64,000 nt of DNA from an uncultured archaeon (GTDB lineage: Archaea > Thermoproteota > Nitrososphaeria > Nitrososphaerales > Gagatemarchaeaceae): assembly GCA_963817525.1 (NCBI GenBank), contig CAWFOU010000008.1:64001-128000 (forward strand), given 5' to 3'. Position 1 is the stretch's first letter. The number at the start of each line of letters is the position of its first letter. Shown in pieces: positions 1 through 9,084 of this stretch. A model generated the notes under the pieces. The model searched no databases. It had not been told where the DNA came from and saw only the letters and a list, made by a program, of their open reading frames with translations. A program made the translations under genes and the position numbers.

Positions 1-575
1 TACTTGTTCTTCCAGCCGTCGCCAAGATAGAGCCCTGCCAACCACGCAAGGCCGTCATCGACGGTCTCAGGAATTCTGGCTTGCTTTCGAACTGCTCCTC
101 GGTGCTGATAGTTGATTCTAGCTGGCGCCCCTCCGGGAAATTCCGAATAGGTGACCAGTAAGTCTTCTTCGCAAAGTTCCAGAGCGTTTTTCCAGACCAA
201 ATCGAGTCCGTACTTCGATGGCGGATGGCTCCTCCAATATGACAGAGTTTTGCTGCCGACACCTAGTAGATCCGAGACGTCGTTGAGGGGGAACCCCTCG
301 TCTATCATGGCCAGGAGGGACTTGTACGCGACCCATTTTCTTGACAACGTCCGCTCGTAGACCGCAAATGGATGGTCCTCGGTTGCCACGGATTCGTAGG
401 AGCCGGCACGCACGCGGAAGACTGGTCTGACTCCTTGATCCTTTCTCGCAATTACGGGAGCCTCAACCACTCGCTTTTGCTCCTCATCGTACGAGTAGAC
501 TGTTTCGCCTGGCCCGACTTCGTCCATGCGTCGCAGGCCACCGGGCGTGTAGACCATGGAATCACCCCGTTCGCA
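1..575 (-). mobile_element. Intein 2 in NuoB (partial), with HTH-like insert and LAGLIDADG motif
   Basis: NuoB similarity stops at AMGA. Then [10 protein letters not shown] (block A), ATEDHPF (block B), [19 protein letters not shown] (HTH-like) and [11 protein letters not shown]-terminus lies outside the window. Confidence 0.88.
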
Positions 576-2063
576 CGCACCCATAGCGATCACCCACTTC
601 GGTTCGGGCATCTGGTCGTAGATCAGCTTGAGCCTAGGGGCGAGCTTGCGCGTCACGGTGCCCATCACTATGATGAGGTCGCACTGCCTGAGGGAGCCGA
701 AGGCCTCCAGGATCCCGAAGCGCTCGGCGTCGAACCTTGAGCCGGCGACGGCCCCGACCTCGACAGAGCAGTTGTGGACTACGGCGTTCGAGACGAGGTA
801 GGTGTTGTCTCCGGTTTCCAGATTGTGGACGGGGCCAGAGTAGTCCACCCGTTCCACCTTTCTGATCGGGACTACGATAAACTCGGGAGTCATCCGGAAA
901 TCCGAAACCTTCCTCTCGGAGGTCAGGGTCGAAATGGTGTAGGAATCATGCGTCATCACATCTCGGCCTAGAATCTTGGAAGCGCCTCCGTTTGCCTTTC
1001 TGTTTATCCTGGCGAAAGTACCGAACCTCGCATAAGCAAGCTGGAGTTGGAGAGCCAGCGTCTTCGATGTGGTATCAGCTTTGGCGAACTCAGGGCCTCT
1101 CTTGTCGGTGATCTCGGCTCCGTCGCCCTGGAGGTAGCCCTGAAGGAATGACCTGAGCAGATCGAGGTCCTTGTGGTACAGGATAAAGTCGGGAATCTTC
1201 TTGTTCTCGGCGAGGTGTCCGCACCATTCATGGAACGCGCGGGCCAGGATGGCCGAGGAGAATCTCACCACGGTTGCCGTGTCCCGTCTCTTCACTTGAG
1301 GGGAATATCCCAATGACTTTGCGATCTCGAAAATCCGGGATCTCAGGTTCACTTCGTCGTGGCTCAGAGAGAAGGAGATGTCGTGCCCTACCGTGTCCCA
1401 TCCTTCGGCGACGAAGATTCCTAAGAGCCAAGCGGTGTCCGTATTGAGGGGGAACTCCAGAGGAGGTTTTTCTCCTCGCCCACGGACTATATTCAGTCCT
1501 CGGCTTGTGGCATAGGACGCTAGTGGGATGGATCGGGAATCGACGAACCCCTTGGGCCGGGGAATCAGCAGGCAGTCGTGAGAGCCCTTTGGGTAGAGGA
1601 ACTTGCCATTCTTCTTCATTGGCTGGGAAGCCACGAGGTCTCCGGCCTTCTTCCATACCTTCTCCGAGAGATAGGCGCCCTTCCCGTAGGAGAGCTGCCT
1701 GCCTACCGTGAGGACGGGATGCTCTGGAGTCGCGAGTATCGGGAGCATCCCGCGGCCCGAAATTTTGACTAGTTCCCCCCGATACTGCCTAGAGAACGTA
1801 TCGACTACGTCCACGAGCCCTGTCATGCCCGTGACCTTGTCTTTGACTGCGTACTGCGAGATCGGCTTGTTGTCTCCCAGGACTATGGTGTCTGGTGGGA
1901 CGCAACACGCCGTCTCCAGGTGGACGGGCCAGAGGCTGTAGAGCCTCCCCCAGTTGGCCATGTAGCGGAGGGGGGCCCCGATGGTGTCTTGGAGGAAGTC
2001 GTTGACCCTTCCCACGAGGACGTTGACCTCCCCGGTCTTCGGGACCTGCGCGGACTCTACCAT
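1..2063 (-). CDS. nuoB: NADH-quinone oxidoreductase subunit B precursor carrying two inteins (3' end runs off the window)
   Basis: Manual translation from ATG 2063 is open to position 1. Exteins read MVESAQ...[16 protein letters not shown] / [19 protein letters not shown]...[38 protein letters not shown], typical NuoB motifs. Directly downstream of nuoA. Confidence 0.95.
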   Translation of the reverse strand, partial: MVESAQVPKTGEVNVLVGRVNDFLQDTIGAPLRYMANWGRLYSLWPVHLETACCVPPDTIVLGDNKPISQYAVKDKVTGMTGLVDVVDTFSRQYRGELVKISGRGMLPILATPEHPVLTVGRQLSYGKGAYLSEKVWKKAGDLVASQPMKKNGKFLYPKGSHDCLLIPRPKGFVDSRSIPLASYATSRGLNIVRGRGEKPPLEFPLNTDTAWLLGIFVAEGWDTVGHDISFSLSHDEVNLRSRIFEIAKSLGYSPQVKRRDTATVVRFSSAILARAFHEWCGHLAENKKIPDFILYHKDLDLLRSFLQGYLQGDGAEITDKRGPEFAKADTTSKTLALQLQLAYARFGTFARINRKANGGASKILGRDVMTHDSYTISTLTSERKVSDFRMTPEFIVVPIRKVERVDYSGPVHNLETGDNTYLVSNAVVHNCSVEVGAVAGSRFDAERFGILEAFGSLRQCDLIIVMGTVTRKLAPRLKLIYDQMPEPKWVIAMGACERGDSMVYTPGGLRRMDEVGPGETVYSYDEEQKRVVEAPVIARKDQGVRPVFRVRAGSYESVATEDHPFAVYERTLSRKWVAYKSLLAMIDEGFPLNDVSDLLGVGSKTLSYWRSHPPSKYGLDLVWKNALELCEEDLLVTYSEFPGGAPARINYQHRGAVRKQARIPETVDDGLAWLAGLYLGDGWKNK
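771..1904 (-). mobile_element. Intein 1 in NuoB (378 aa) with LAGLIDADG homing endonuclease
   Basis: Block A CVPPDTIV, block B ATPEHPV, endonuclease motifs [10 protein letters not shown] and [10 protein letters not shown], blocks F/G VHNLET...NAVVHN followed by Cys+1 at 770. Confidence 0.93.
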
Positions 2064-2428
2064 ATCTCTCGCTTCCCCGCCAGGTGCACGGTGAGGCCCA
2101 TGGGTATCAGGAGGGCGCCGACGAACACGAGCATCATCCAGCTTGAGAGCTGCCCCAGGGCGAGCGGCTGGTAGGCCACCGCCCAGGCGAAGAGGAACAT
2201 CGCCATGACGTCGAAGACGACGAACAGCAGGAGATAGGCGTAGTACTGCATCATGAAGTGCATCTTCCCCCGTCCTCGGGGGACTTGGCCGGCCTCGAAG
2301 GTCTCGTTCTTTATCGGGTTGGGGCTCTTGGGGGCGAGGATCCTCGGGACGATGAGCATTATGCCGGTGAAGAGGATGCCCACGCCGCCCATAACGAAGA
2401 CGGCCGCAACGTTCCCAAAGATCGCCAA
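2057..2428 (-). CDS. nuoA: NADH-quinone oxidoreductase subunit A
   Basis: Three TM helices, KNETFEAG loop, [13 protein letters not shown] motif. Confidence 0.93.
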   Translation of the reverse strand: MAIFGNVAAVFVMGGVGILFTGIMLIVPRILAPKSPNPIKNETFEAGQVPRGRGKMHFMMQYYAYLLLFVVFDVMAMFLFAWAVAYQPLALGQLSSWMMLVFVGALLIPMGLTVHLAGKREIW

Positions 2429-2549
2429 CCTTGGAACTCTCTAGAAGATTTGGAAAGCCGTCGAGCATATTTAAGGCTTGGCGGGCTTGGCTCTGGTAAC
2501 TCTTCGGCGCATGGGCGATTCTATACCTCTCCAAGATATTTGGGATGTG

Positions 2550-2885
2550 TCAAGTTGCTCTGCGCGCGGGGAGAAGCTCCGCACACCCGAAAGGGGGATG
2601 CCGAGCACAGGACTTACGGTCGGATGGAGAGGGACGTGAATTCACCCCCTCGGACTATCCAGGCGGGGGCGGTCAAGGTTCGACCGTTCCCGTCCCTTGT
2701 CGTAGGACGCTACCGTTTCTACACTGGGGAAGAAGGGCTGGCAGGTGAGGCAATGAAGGGGAACGGGACGACTACCCTAACCCTTCGAGTCGACGCCAGC
2801 AAGGCGACTAGTCGGCATGAGCCGAGGAGTTGCCAGAACCTCGGGGTCGACGGCAGGTCGCGGAGCCCTCGCTCGTCGCTCTTGC
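2550..2885 (+). ncRNA. Candidate structured non-coding RNA or leader (unassigned)
   Basis: Long gap between divergent genes with no credible ORF. Many stems: TGCTC/GAGCA, CCC-GAAA-GGG, GAGGG/CCCTC, CGGTC/GACCG, CCGTTCCC/GGGAACGG, and GTCGAC/GTCGAC enclosing hairpins. Strand is a guess. Confidence 0.35.
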
Positions 2886-2949
2886 CTTTAACCCCGAAAC
2901 GCGGCGAAGCGAAACACATTTAGTGACGGTCCGCTCGGCTTGAAGGAGC

Positions 2950-4167
2950 ATGCGCATTGCGATAGTCGGGTGCGGCGTGGCGGGATCTTACCTGCTCAAC
3001 AGGATACCTCCGGAGCATCAGGTCGAGGCTTTCGAGATGCGCGAGAAAGACAAGTGGTGGGCCGTGTGCGCCTGGGGGACCAGCGCACCCTTCATCTCCG
3101 ACCTCGTCAAGCAGGCGGGGCTGAACTTCGAGGACTACATCCTGTTCAGGGGCAAGAGGATGATAGTCGACCCCGGGAACGGGCACGACACTTTCGACAT
3201 CAAGCTCAACGGCCTCGTGACCTTCGACAAGACGAGGCTCTTTGGTGACATGAAGAAGGGGAAGAACATCCACTGGGGAGCCCACCCCAAGGACGTCAAC
3301 GAGCTGAAGGGCTTCGACATGGTCATCGACGCGACGGGCTTCCACAGGTCGATCCTCGGCAAGCTCGAGCACGACGCGGCGATCCCCTGCTTCGAGGTCG
3401 AGGTCGAGGGCAAGTTCCCCTGGGACGACTTTTACATCAAGCCCTACCCCGGCCTGAGCGGCTACTTCTGGTACTTCCCTCTGGGAGAGGGGAGGGGGCA
3501 CATCGGGGCGGGCGACTTCAAGGCGCAATACAGGGGGGAGATCGAGGCGATGGTCAAGAAGTACGACTGGAAGGTCGTTAGGAGGATCGGGAGGCCGGTG
3601 AGGATCCTCGCCCCGAAGTACATGGGGCCGTTCTACACGGAGCCCAAGTGCCTCGCCTGCGGCAACACGATCAACCAGAAGAAGTTCTTGAAGAGCATCA
3701 AGGAAGGCGCGGCCCAGTCGGCAACCGCGAACTTGAGCTCGAGCGGCCAGGCGACCGCCTTCGCAGGGAGAGGAATCTCCGGAGCGAGCGGAGCCCCACC
3801 CACCAACGGGCACGGCTCGTGCGCGTGCTCGAGCCCCAGGCCGGACGGGCCTTTGGTGGTCGGGGTCGGCGAGAGCATAGGCAGCGTCTACCCGCTCCTG
3901 GGCGAGGGGATAATCCCCAGCATGCAGTGCGTCAACCTCTTCGTCGACCACATGGACGACATGGACGCCTACTCAAAGGCGGTCCTGAAGCACTTTGACA
4001 TCTACGCCAAGGTGTACAACTTCATCAAGGCGAAGATGGACGGGAACTTCTCCATGCTCAGCCAGTTCCCCGACCTCGCCGCGATATATTGGCACATGAG
4101 GAGCAACGAGAGGAGGTATGGCCTCGAGACCCACCTCAGAGACATCCTCAAGGTCGTCAACGTCTAA
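2950..4167 (+). CDS. FAD-dependent oxidoreductase, geranylgeranyl reductase-like, with Cys-bounded insertion
   Basis: IAIVGCGVAG, VIDATG, GYFWYFP and VGESIGSVYPLLGEGI motifs. Confidence 0.85.
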   Translation: MRIAIVGCGVAGSYLLNRIPPEHQVEAFEMREKDKWWAVCAWGTSAPFISDLVKQAGLNFEDYILFRGKRMIVDPGNGHDTFDIKLNGLVTFDKTRLFGDMKKGKNIHWGAHPKDVNELKGFDMVIDATGFHRSILGKLEHDAAIPCFEVEVEGKFPWDDFYIKPYPGLSGYFWYFPLGEGRGHIGAGDFKAQYRGEIEAMVKKYDWKVVRRIGRPVRILAPKYMGPFYTEPKCLACGNTINQKKFLKSIKEGAAQSATANLSSSGQATAFAGRGISGASGAPPTNGHGSCACSSPRPDGPLVVGVGESIGSVYPLLGEGIIPSMQCVNLFVDHMDDMDAYSKAVLKHFDIYAKVYNFIKAKMDGNFSMLSQFPDLAAIYWHMRSNERRYGLETHLRDILKVVNV

Positions 4168-4186
4168 CCATAGAAGCGCCGCGGGG

Positions 4187-4609
4187 GTGCGCGCCCACTC
4201 CGCCGTCCACGTGCTCAAGGGCGCGGTCTCCAACGTGCTCGGCCCCAGGAAGTTCACGTTCGGGGAGGAGGGCGTCTTGAAGTTCCGCTCCGACGCCGAG
4301 CTCGGGCCCCAGGAGGTCGGGAAGATAGAGGCCGCGGCGAACAGGAAGATAGCGGAGGACGCGGAGGTGTCGGAGTTCAGCATGGAGAGGCAGGAGGCCG
4401 AGGGGCACTTCGGCTCCGGGATCTATGACCTCGCCCCCGCGCCGGAGACGGAGACGCTCCTCAGGATGGTGAGGATCCCCGACTGGGACGCGGGCTACTG
4501 CCTCCAGGCGCACGTCGAGAGCACGGGCTCCATAGGGGCGATAAGGGTGGACGGAGCGAGGTTCGACGAGGCGCGGAAGGAGGTGGAGCTCAGGTTCCAC
4601 CTTCTGTGA
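4187..4609 (+). CDS. AlaX-S-like alanyl-tRNA editing protein
   Basis: HSAVHVLKGAV (HxxxH) and CLQAHV (CxxxH) zinc motifs. GTG start chosen to avoid overlap with the upstream gene. Confidence 0.75.
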   Translation: MRAHSAVHVLKGAVSNVLGPRKFTFGEEGVLKFRSDAELGPQEVGKIEAAANRKIAEDAEVSEFSMERQEAEGHFGSGIYDLAPAPETETLLRMVRIPDWDAGYCLQAHVESTGSIGAIRVDGARFDEARKEVELRFHLL

Positions 4610-4665
4610 ACGGCCGCCCGGCGATAGCAAAACAGTATAATGGTGCTCAGAAGGCCCTTGGATTT

Positions 4666-4743
4666 GGGCCCGTAGCTCAGTATGGACAGAGCGAACGCCT
4701 CCTAAGCGTTAGGCCGAGGGTTCAAATCCCACCGGGCCCGCCA
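4666..4743 (+). tRNA. tRNA-Arg(CCT), CCA encoded
   Basis: Acceptor stem GGGCCCG/CGGGCCC, anticodon arm AACGC-CT-CCT-AA-GCGTT, T-loop GGTTCAAATCC; TATA-like GTATAA at about 4636. Confidence 0.97.
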
Positions 4744-5046
4744 AAGCTCAATTTAGACTCCGTTTCACCCAAATCCCCGTGACGATGGGCGTGTTCACCT
4801 CATATGCCTCAATTACGGGGTCTTTTGAATAATGCTCCAAGAAGCGTTTGTACTGATTGAACCTGCATGGAAGAATACGGTGGGCCCAGACTAAGATTGA
4901 TGCAGGCCGGAAGGGGTTTCATAGAAACCTAGCGTATCCTATCGAATTCAGTCACTCGAGTTTCAATAGGTACCGCGAGCCTATTTCCTTCGGCTCCGAT
5001 TGCCAAGCGGAGTTCACTCTAGGCGACTTGGCGTGGGCCGAAGTTC

Positions 5047-5649
5047 TCATCGAGGTTGCCTCTCCGTCTTACCTTTCGCCCATACGTATCTGAAGCTCAC
5101 GACGAAGTACAGGGGCATCGTTACGGCGATTGCGATCAGGTTCGAAATCGCGTAAGGGATAAGCAGGTCGGTCGTGGCAAGATAGAGAATCCCCAGATGC
5201 AAAGCGACGCCTGCCAGACCAAGGATGGTAGACTTTGCGAATCTCCCCGCTCTGCCACCTGATTGCCTGTCCCTGAATGTCCTGGAGTCGTTAAGAAGGA
5301 ACTTGGCGCCATGAACGGTAACGAGCGCTGTCGCGCTGGAGTAGAGGTAGTAAAGGCCGGCTGAGGTTAGGGCAACCAGCAACACCTCGTTGATGATGAA
5401 CCCGACCAACTCCGTGCGCATGTACATCCTGAAGCGAAGTCCATTTCCTACAGAGCCCGCTTGAAGGACCGAACCCGTCCGGGCGGTGGTGCGTGCCGGG
5501 GACGGCCCGCCCTGTTCGGGAGAGGGAACTGGTGGCTTCGGACTTCTCGCCGAGCGTTGGGTCCGCAGTCTCTGAGCAAACGCCCAGTATGCGACCCTCC
5601 CGACGAGGAGCGCCGCGGCCACCACGGCGATTATCTCGAAGGACAACAT
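5047..5649 (-). CDS. GtrA-like membrane protein
   Basis: N-terminal TM, then two GtrA-like hairpins, e.g. FAKSTILGLAGVALHLGIL...ISNLIAI...FRYVW. Confidence 0.6.
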   Translation of the reverse strand: MLSFEIIAVVAAALLVGRVAYWAFAQRLRTQRSARSPKPPVPSPEQGGPSPARTTARTGSVLQAGSVGNGLRFRMYMRTELVGFIINEVLLVALTSAGLYYLYSSATALVTVHGAKFLLNDSRTFRDRQSGGRAGRFAKSTILGLAGVALHLGILYLATTDLLIPYAISNLIAIAVTMPLYFVVSFRYVWAKGKTERQPR

Positions 5650-5658
5650 CTAGGCTCC

Positions 5659-6858
5659 CTACCGAATCTGTGTAGAATTGCGCCCGGGACCAGCCAGAGC
5701 TACGCCAGCCTTCCAAATCCCCCGGATGTTGCGCGTGCACGTTATGTCTGAGGTCGGGTCTCCCTCGACCAGGAGCATATCCGCTCGCAGCCCCGGTCGG
5801 AGACAACCCCTGTCGGGCATTCGGAACGCACGTGCGGGTGCGGAGGTCGCTGAGGTAAGCGCCTGCACAGGGGTCAAGCCCTCCTGGACGAGCAGTTCCA
5901 ACTCGCGATGAAGCGAAGAGCCCCGCGGCAGGCCCACGGGGAAGGGTGACGCGTCCGTCCCTGCCAGAACGGTCACACCCGCCTCGGCAATCAGTTTTAT
6001 GGCTTCGCTCATGCCCTTGCGCAGGTGGTTCAGCTCGGGTCTCGCCGGCCAGAGACGGAGCTTCTGCGGATCGATGAATGGTCTTAGGCGGTCGTCTGCC
6101 AGCATCGGCTCGACCTGAGGTTCGCCGACCTTGGTGTTGAGCAGGCAGACTAGCGTGGGAACTACCACGGTCCCGTGTTCGGCAAGAAAGCGTCCGAAGT
6201 CGGAGCCGGCCGAGTCGCCGGCGATTATGTGAGCCAGGCCGTCTGCTCCTGCCTCAACCGCTCGGCGCGCCTTTTCTTCCTGGAGCGCGTGAACCCAGAC
6301 TTGGATCCCGCGTGCGTGGGCGGCGCGGACAATCGCTTCGAGCGTGTCTTCGGTCAGAGACCCACCCTCGGGGGCGTCGTAGACCACCTTGATGAAGTCG
6401 GAGCCCTCTGCTAGGCGTTCGTTCACCCATGACTCCGCCCCTCCGGGACTGTCTACCGCTGGCATATCCTCTAGCCCGGGGAGTCTCTTCAGAATCGCAT
6501 CACTGGCCACTGCGGGCTGGCTGGCGCCGTATACGTCGGCCAAGTCAGAGCTCCGGGCTGCCAGTGACTTTAGGCCCTTCAGACCCTTCCCCGAGCAGCC
6601 CATGTCAATGACGGTCGCGATGCCCCATATGGCCGCTTCATGGAGGGAGTCGGGTCTCCCCAGAGCGTGAAAGTGCGCGTCGAACAGACCTGGGAGAAGG
6701 GTCATCCCCTCAGCATGGACGATGTCTGTACCGCCATGGACCTCAGGACCACTTCCCACCCCGACTATCCGCCCGTCTCTGACGACTACGCTGGCGTCCT
6801 CTAGGATGTTGACTCCGTCGAAGACCCTGGCGTGCTCGATGACCAGAGATTGCGCCAT
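5659..6858 (-). CDS. Amidohydrolase family protein
   Basis: LLPGLFDAHFH, GSDFIKV, VHA, LAH, AGTDA and G...G..ADMLLVEGDP motifs. Confidence 0.9.
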   Translation of the reverse strand: MAQSLVIEHARVFDGVNILEDASVVVRDGRIVGVGSGPEVHGGTDIVHAEGMTLLPGLFDAHFHALGRPDSLHEAAIWGIATVIDMGCSGKGLKGLKSLAARSSDLADVYGASQPAVASDAILKRLPGLEDMPAVDSPGGAESWVNERLAEGSDFIKVVYDAPEGGSLTEDTLEAIVRAAHARGIQVWVHALQEEKARRAVEAGADGLAHIIAGDSAGSDFGRFLAEHGTVVVPTLVCLLNTKVGEPQVEPMLADDRLRPFIDPQKLRLWPARPELNHLRKGMSEAIKLIAEAGVTVLAGTDASPFPVGLPRGSSLHRELELLVQEGLTPVQALTSATSAPARAFRMPDRGCLRPGLRADMLLVEGDPTSDITCTRNIRGIWKAGVALAGPGRNSTQIR

Positions 6859-6949
6859 ACGAGTTCAGACCCTGCCTTTTCCGTATTAGGCTAGTAGCGC
6901 TCTACCGCGCCTCTCCTGAGAACCTCTATAGGGTGCATGCTGAGCTTGC

Positions 6950-7612
6950 GTGACCATGCGAAGGCTGGTCGTCGAGCTACCGGTTGAGGACGTGATTGGG
7001 AAGGGCTCGCACTCGCCGATGGCGATGATAGACTCGGCGGAGGTAGTCCAGATTTTCAAGCAACGCAGGGGAGAGTTCGAGGGAATAGTGAAGGTGTCTT
7101 TCAAGACGCATCCTCCCCCGAAGCTCAAGGACTTGTTTCCTGGTGTCGAGGCGGAGGCCACGCTGCTCAACGAAAACGACGCGACCGGCGAGCGGGCCTA
7201 CTTCGTCAAGGTCAGGGTCGCGAACCCCAAGCGTCAAGTGTTTTCCTTGGGCGAGGTTTCAGGAGGCTACGTCGCGACTCCCTTTGAGATAAGAGGCGGG
7301 ATGATTAGACTCAACTTCATCGGCAGCGCCCTAGAAGTAAAGAGATTCATGAAGGTCATCGACAAGAAGTGGCCCCACTACAAGGTTGCCTCCCTCACGG
7401 ACGCGAGCTTTTCTCTCGACTCACCGTTGGGAGCTCTGACGGAGAAGCAACGCAGGGTTCTGGTGACGGCCTTCAACCTCGGCTACTACGACATGCCGAG
7501 GAAGGTCGACGGTGAGGAGCTCGCGAGGAGGCTCAACCTTGGGGCCTCCGCTCTGGTGGCGCACAGGAGGAAGGCCGAACGGAGGATTCTCGCGAAGATA
7601 ATCAATGGCTGA
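6950..7612 (+). CDS. Bacterio-opsin activator-type HTH regulator
   Basis: C-terminal LTEKQRRVL..AFNLGYYDMPRK...ELA..L...HRRKAE motif; divergent from the amidohydrolase. Confidence 0.88.
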   Translation: MTMRRLVVELPVEDVIGKGSHSPMAMIDSAEVVQIFKQRRGEFEGIVKVSFKTHPPPKLKDLFPGVEAEATLLNENDATGERAYFVKVRVANPKRQVFSLGEVSGGYVATPFEIRGGMIRLNFIGSALEVKRFMKVIDKKWPHYKVASLTDASFSLDSPLGALTEKQRRVLVTAFNLGYYDMPRKVDGEELARRLNLGASALVAHRRKAERRILAKIING

Positions 7613-7769
7613 GAATAGACGGGAGGCGGTCGGCCACGAATTGCATGAATCGGGCGCCGTTAAGTAATCGGAGCTGGAAATGAGCTAAAATGGGGCCGGA
7701 AGGGATTCTAAACATTACCGACCAGAGGTTTGTGAATCCTTATAGGTAAGAAATTTACTACACCGGAGC

Positions 7770-8033
7770 ATGACTGAAGCATCGGAGCTTCGCACGGTCA
7801 CCGTATCCGAAAAGGGCCAGGTGGCCATCCCTGTCGACATCAGGAGGAGGCTGAACATTCGAAAGGGCCAGACGCTGGTGCTTCAAGTCAGCGACGATAA
7901 GCTGCTGATCGCCAAGTCGGAGGAGGTCTCGAAGAAGATGAGGGACGAGTTTGAGCATCTTCTCAGACTCTCAGAGAGAAGCGCGAAGGAGTTATGGGAG
8001 AACGAGAAGGATGCAGTCTGGGACAGCGCTTGA
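7770..8033 (+). CDS. AbrB/MazE-family antitoxin
   Basis: VSEKGQVAIPVDIRRRLNI.KG motif; overlaps the toxin gene. Confidence 0.88.
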   Translation: MTEASELRTVTVSEKGQVAIPVDIRRRLNIRKGQTLVLQVSDDKLLIAKSEEVSKKMRDEFEHLLRLSERSAKELWENEKDAVWDSA

Positions 8034-8361
8034 GCCGGGGCAGGTGGTGTTGGTGCCCTTCCCATTCACCGACCTATCTGAAGTGAAACGTCGTCCGGTG
8101 CTGGTCCTCTCGAATCGGCGTCACAACAGCAGTTCTCGGGACTTCATCTGCTGTGGGATAACTTCGAACCTGGCAAACAGTCGGAACTCTGTCCTGATAG
8201 ACCCAATGGAGATGGCCGAAGGTTCAATTCCCGTGCAGAGTAGGATCAAGTTCGACAAGGTCTTCACCTTGGAGGGGAGTCTAGTAGTCAAGGCTCTCGG
8301 AAGGGTCTCGAAACACAAGCTAGCCACGGTCAAGCGGGGATTGATTTCTCTTCTTGGTTAG
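8011..8361 (+). CDS. mazF: PemK/MazF-family toxin
   Basis: GQVVLVPFPFTD...KRRPVLVLSN and ITSN motifs. Confidence 0.9.
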   Translation: MQSGTALEPGQVVLVPFPFTDLSEVKRRPVLVLSNRRHNSSSRDFICCGITSNLANSRNSVLIDPMEMAEGSIPVQSRIKFDKVFTLEGSLVVKALGRVSKHKLATVKRGLISLLG

Positions 8362-8493
8362 CATCATAACGGTTACAAAATTCGAACCACACCAACTGGG
8401 GCAGCAGTCTTCAACACATGGCCGATTTTATCCCAAGAGTAATTTCTCCATTATGCAACTTAGAGATTTGGCAGGCTTTCTGGATCGAACGTT

Positions 8494-8582
8494 CGAATCT
8501 ACGGGGGCTCGAACGCTCGGCCCGAGGCACGCGAGCCCGAAAAATGACCGAGGACGGCCACCGAGTCCCACCGGGCCCGCCA
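8494..8582 (+). repeat. Right-end motif plus tRNA-Arg 3' end copy 1 (att-like)
   Basis: 17-nt exact tRNA end at 8566-8582; the preceding 69 nt match 13301-13369 at 58/69 positions. Confidence 0.9.
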
Positions 8583-9084
8583 TCTTTTCACGCTCAACCA
8601 GTTTGTGAAGAGCCGAATTCTTGCCTGGGCCCGCTTAAATTATTAAGCGAATCCTGCGAAATGCGGTCTAGAGATTTTGAACTGTGCGCCCGCGGGATGC
8701 CTGCGACTATCTTCCCCAATTCAACCTCCTCTCAAGACGGTTCAACTGGGATCACAGCTACTGGTGGCCTTTTTCCACAAAGCGTCATCCTGCGAATATA
8801 GTCTTGATGGACTGTCGATTCATGCTTTTTTACCCGTGGCAACCTTGACAGCGGTTGCCACGGAGGAAACACCCTGAACCTGTTGGAGTTTATGAAAGCA
8901 TGACCCTTCAGGGTCCCTCCGCCCCAAAGTAGGACGGGACGGCGGTTTGGGTCCTACCCAAGAGAACGGGGACGGTCGGCGCTGCTGAGACCGAGCCACC
9001 GCCACCGAACAGACCGAGCACCCGTTCCATAGAATAGGTTGATATTGCCCTGCGGCTTTCGTTGGACCATCGGATGGATATGTC

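Noticed and set aside
118-2174. Short ORFs in the supplied track over 1-2063
   Set aside because: Shadow ORFs of the single long minus-strand nuoB-intein frame.
2565-2600. RNase P RNA or SRP RNA identity for the intergenic structure
   Set aside because: Only loose similarity to GAGGAAAGTCC; no matching 3' P4 strand and no SRP helix-8 motif seen.
2258-2923. 221-aa plus-strand ORF
   Set aside because: Overlaps nuoA antisense, Arg/Gly/Pro-rich with no motif; likely spurious.
4744-5046. Integrase remnant next to tRNA-Arg
   Set aside because: Manual translation gave only short fragments with no R-H-x-x-R-Y tyrosine recombinase motifs.
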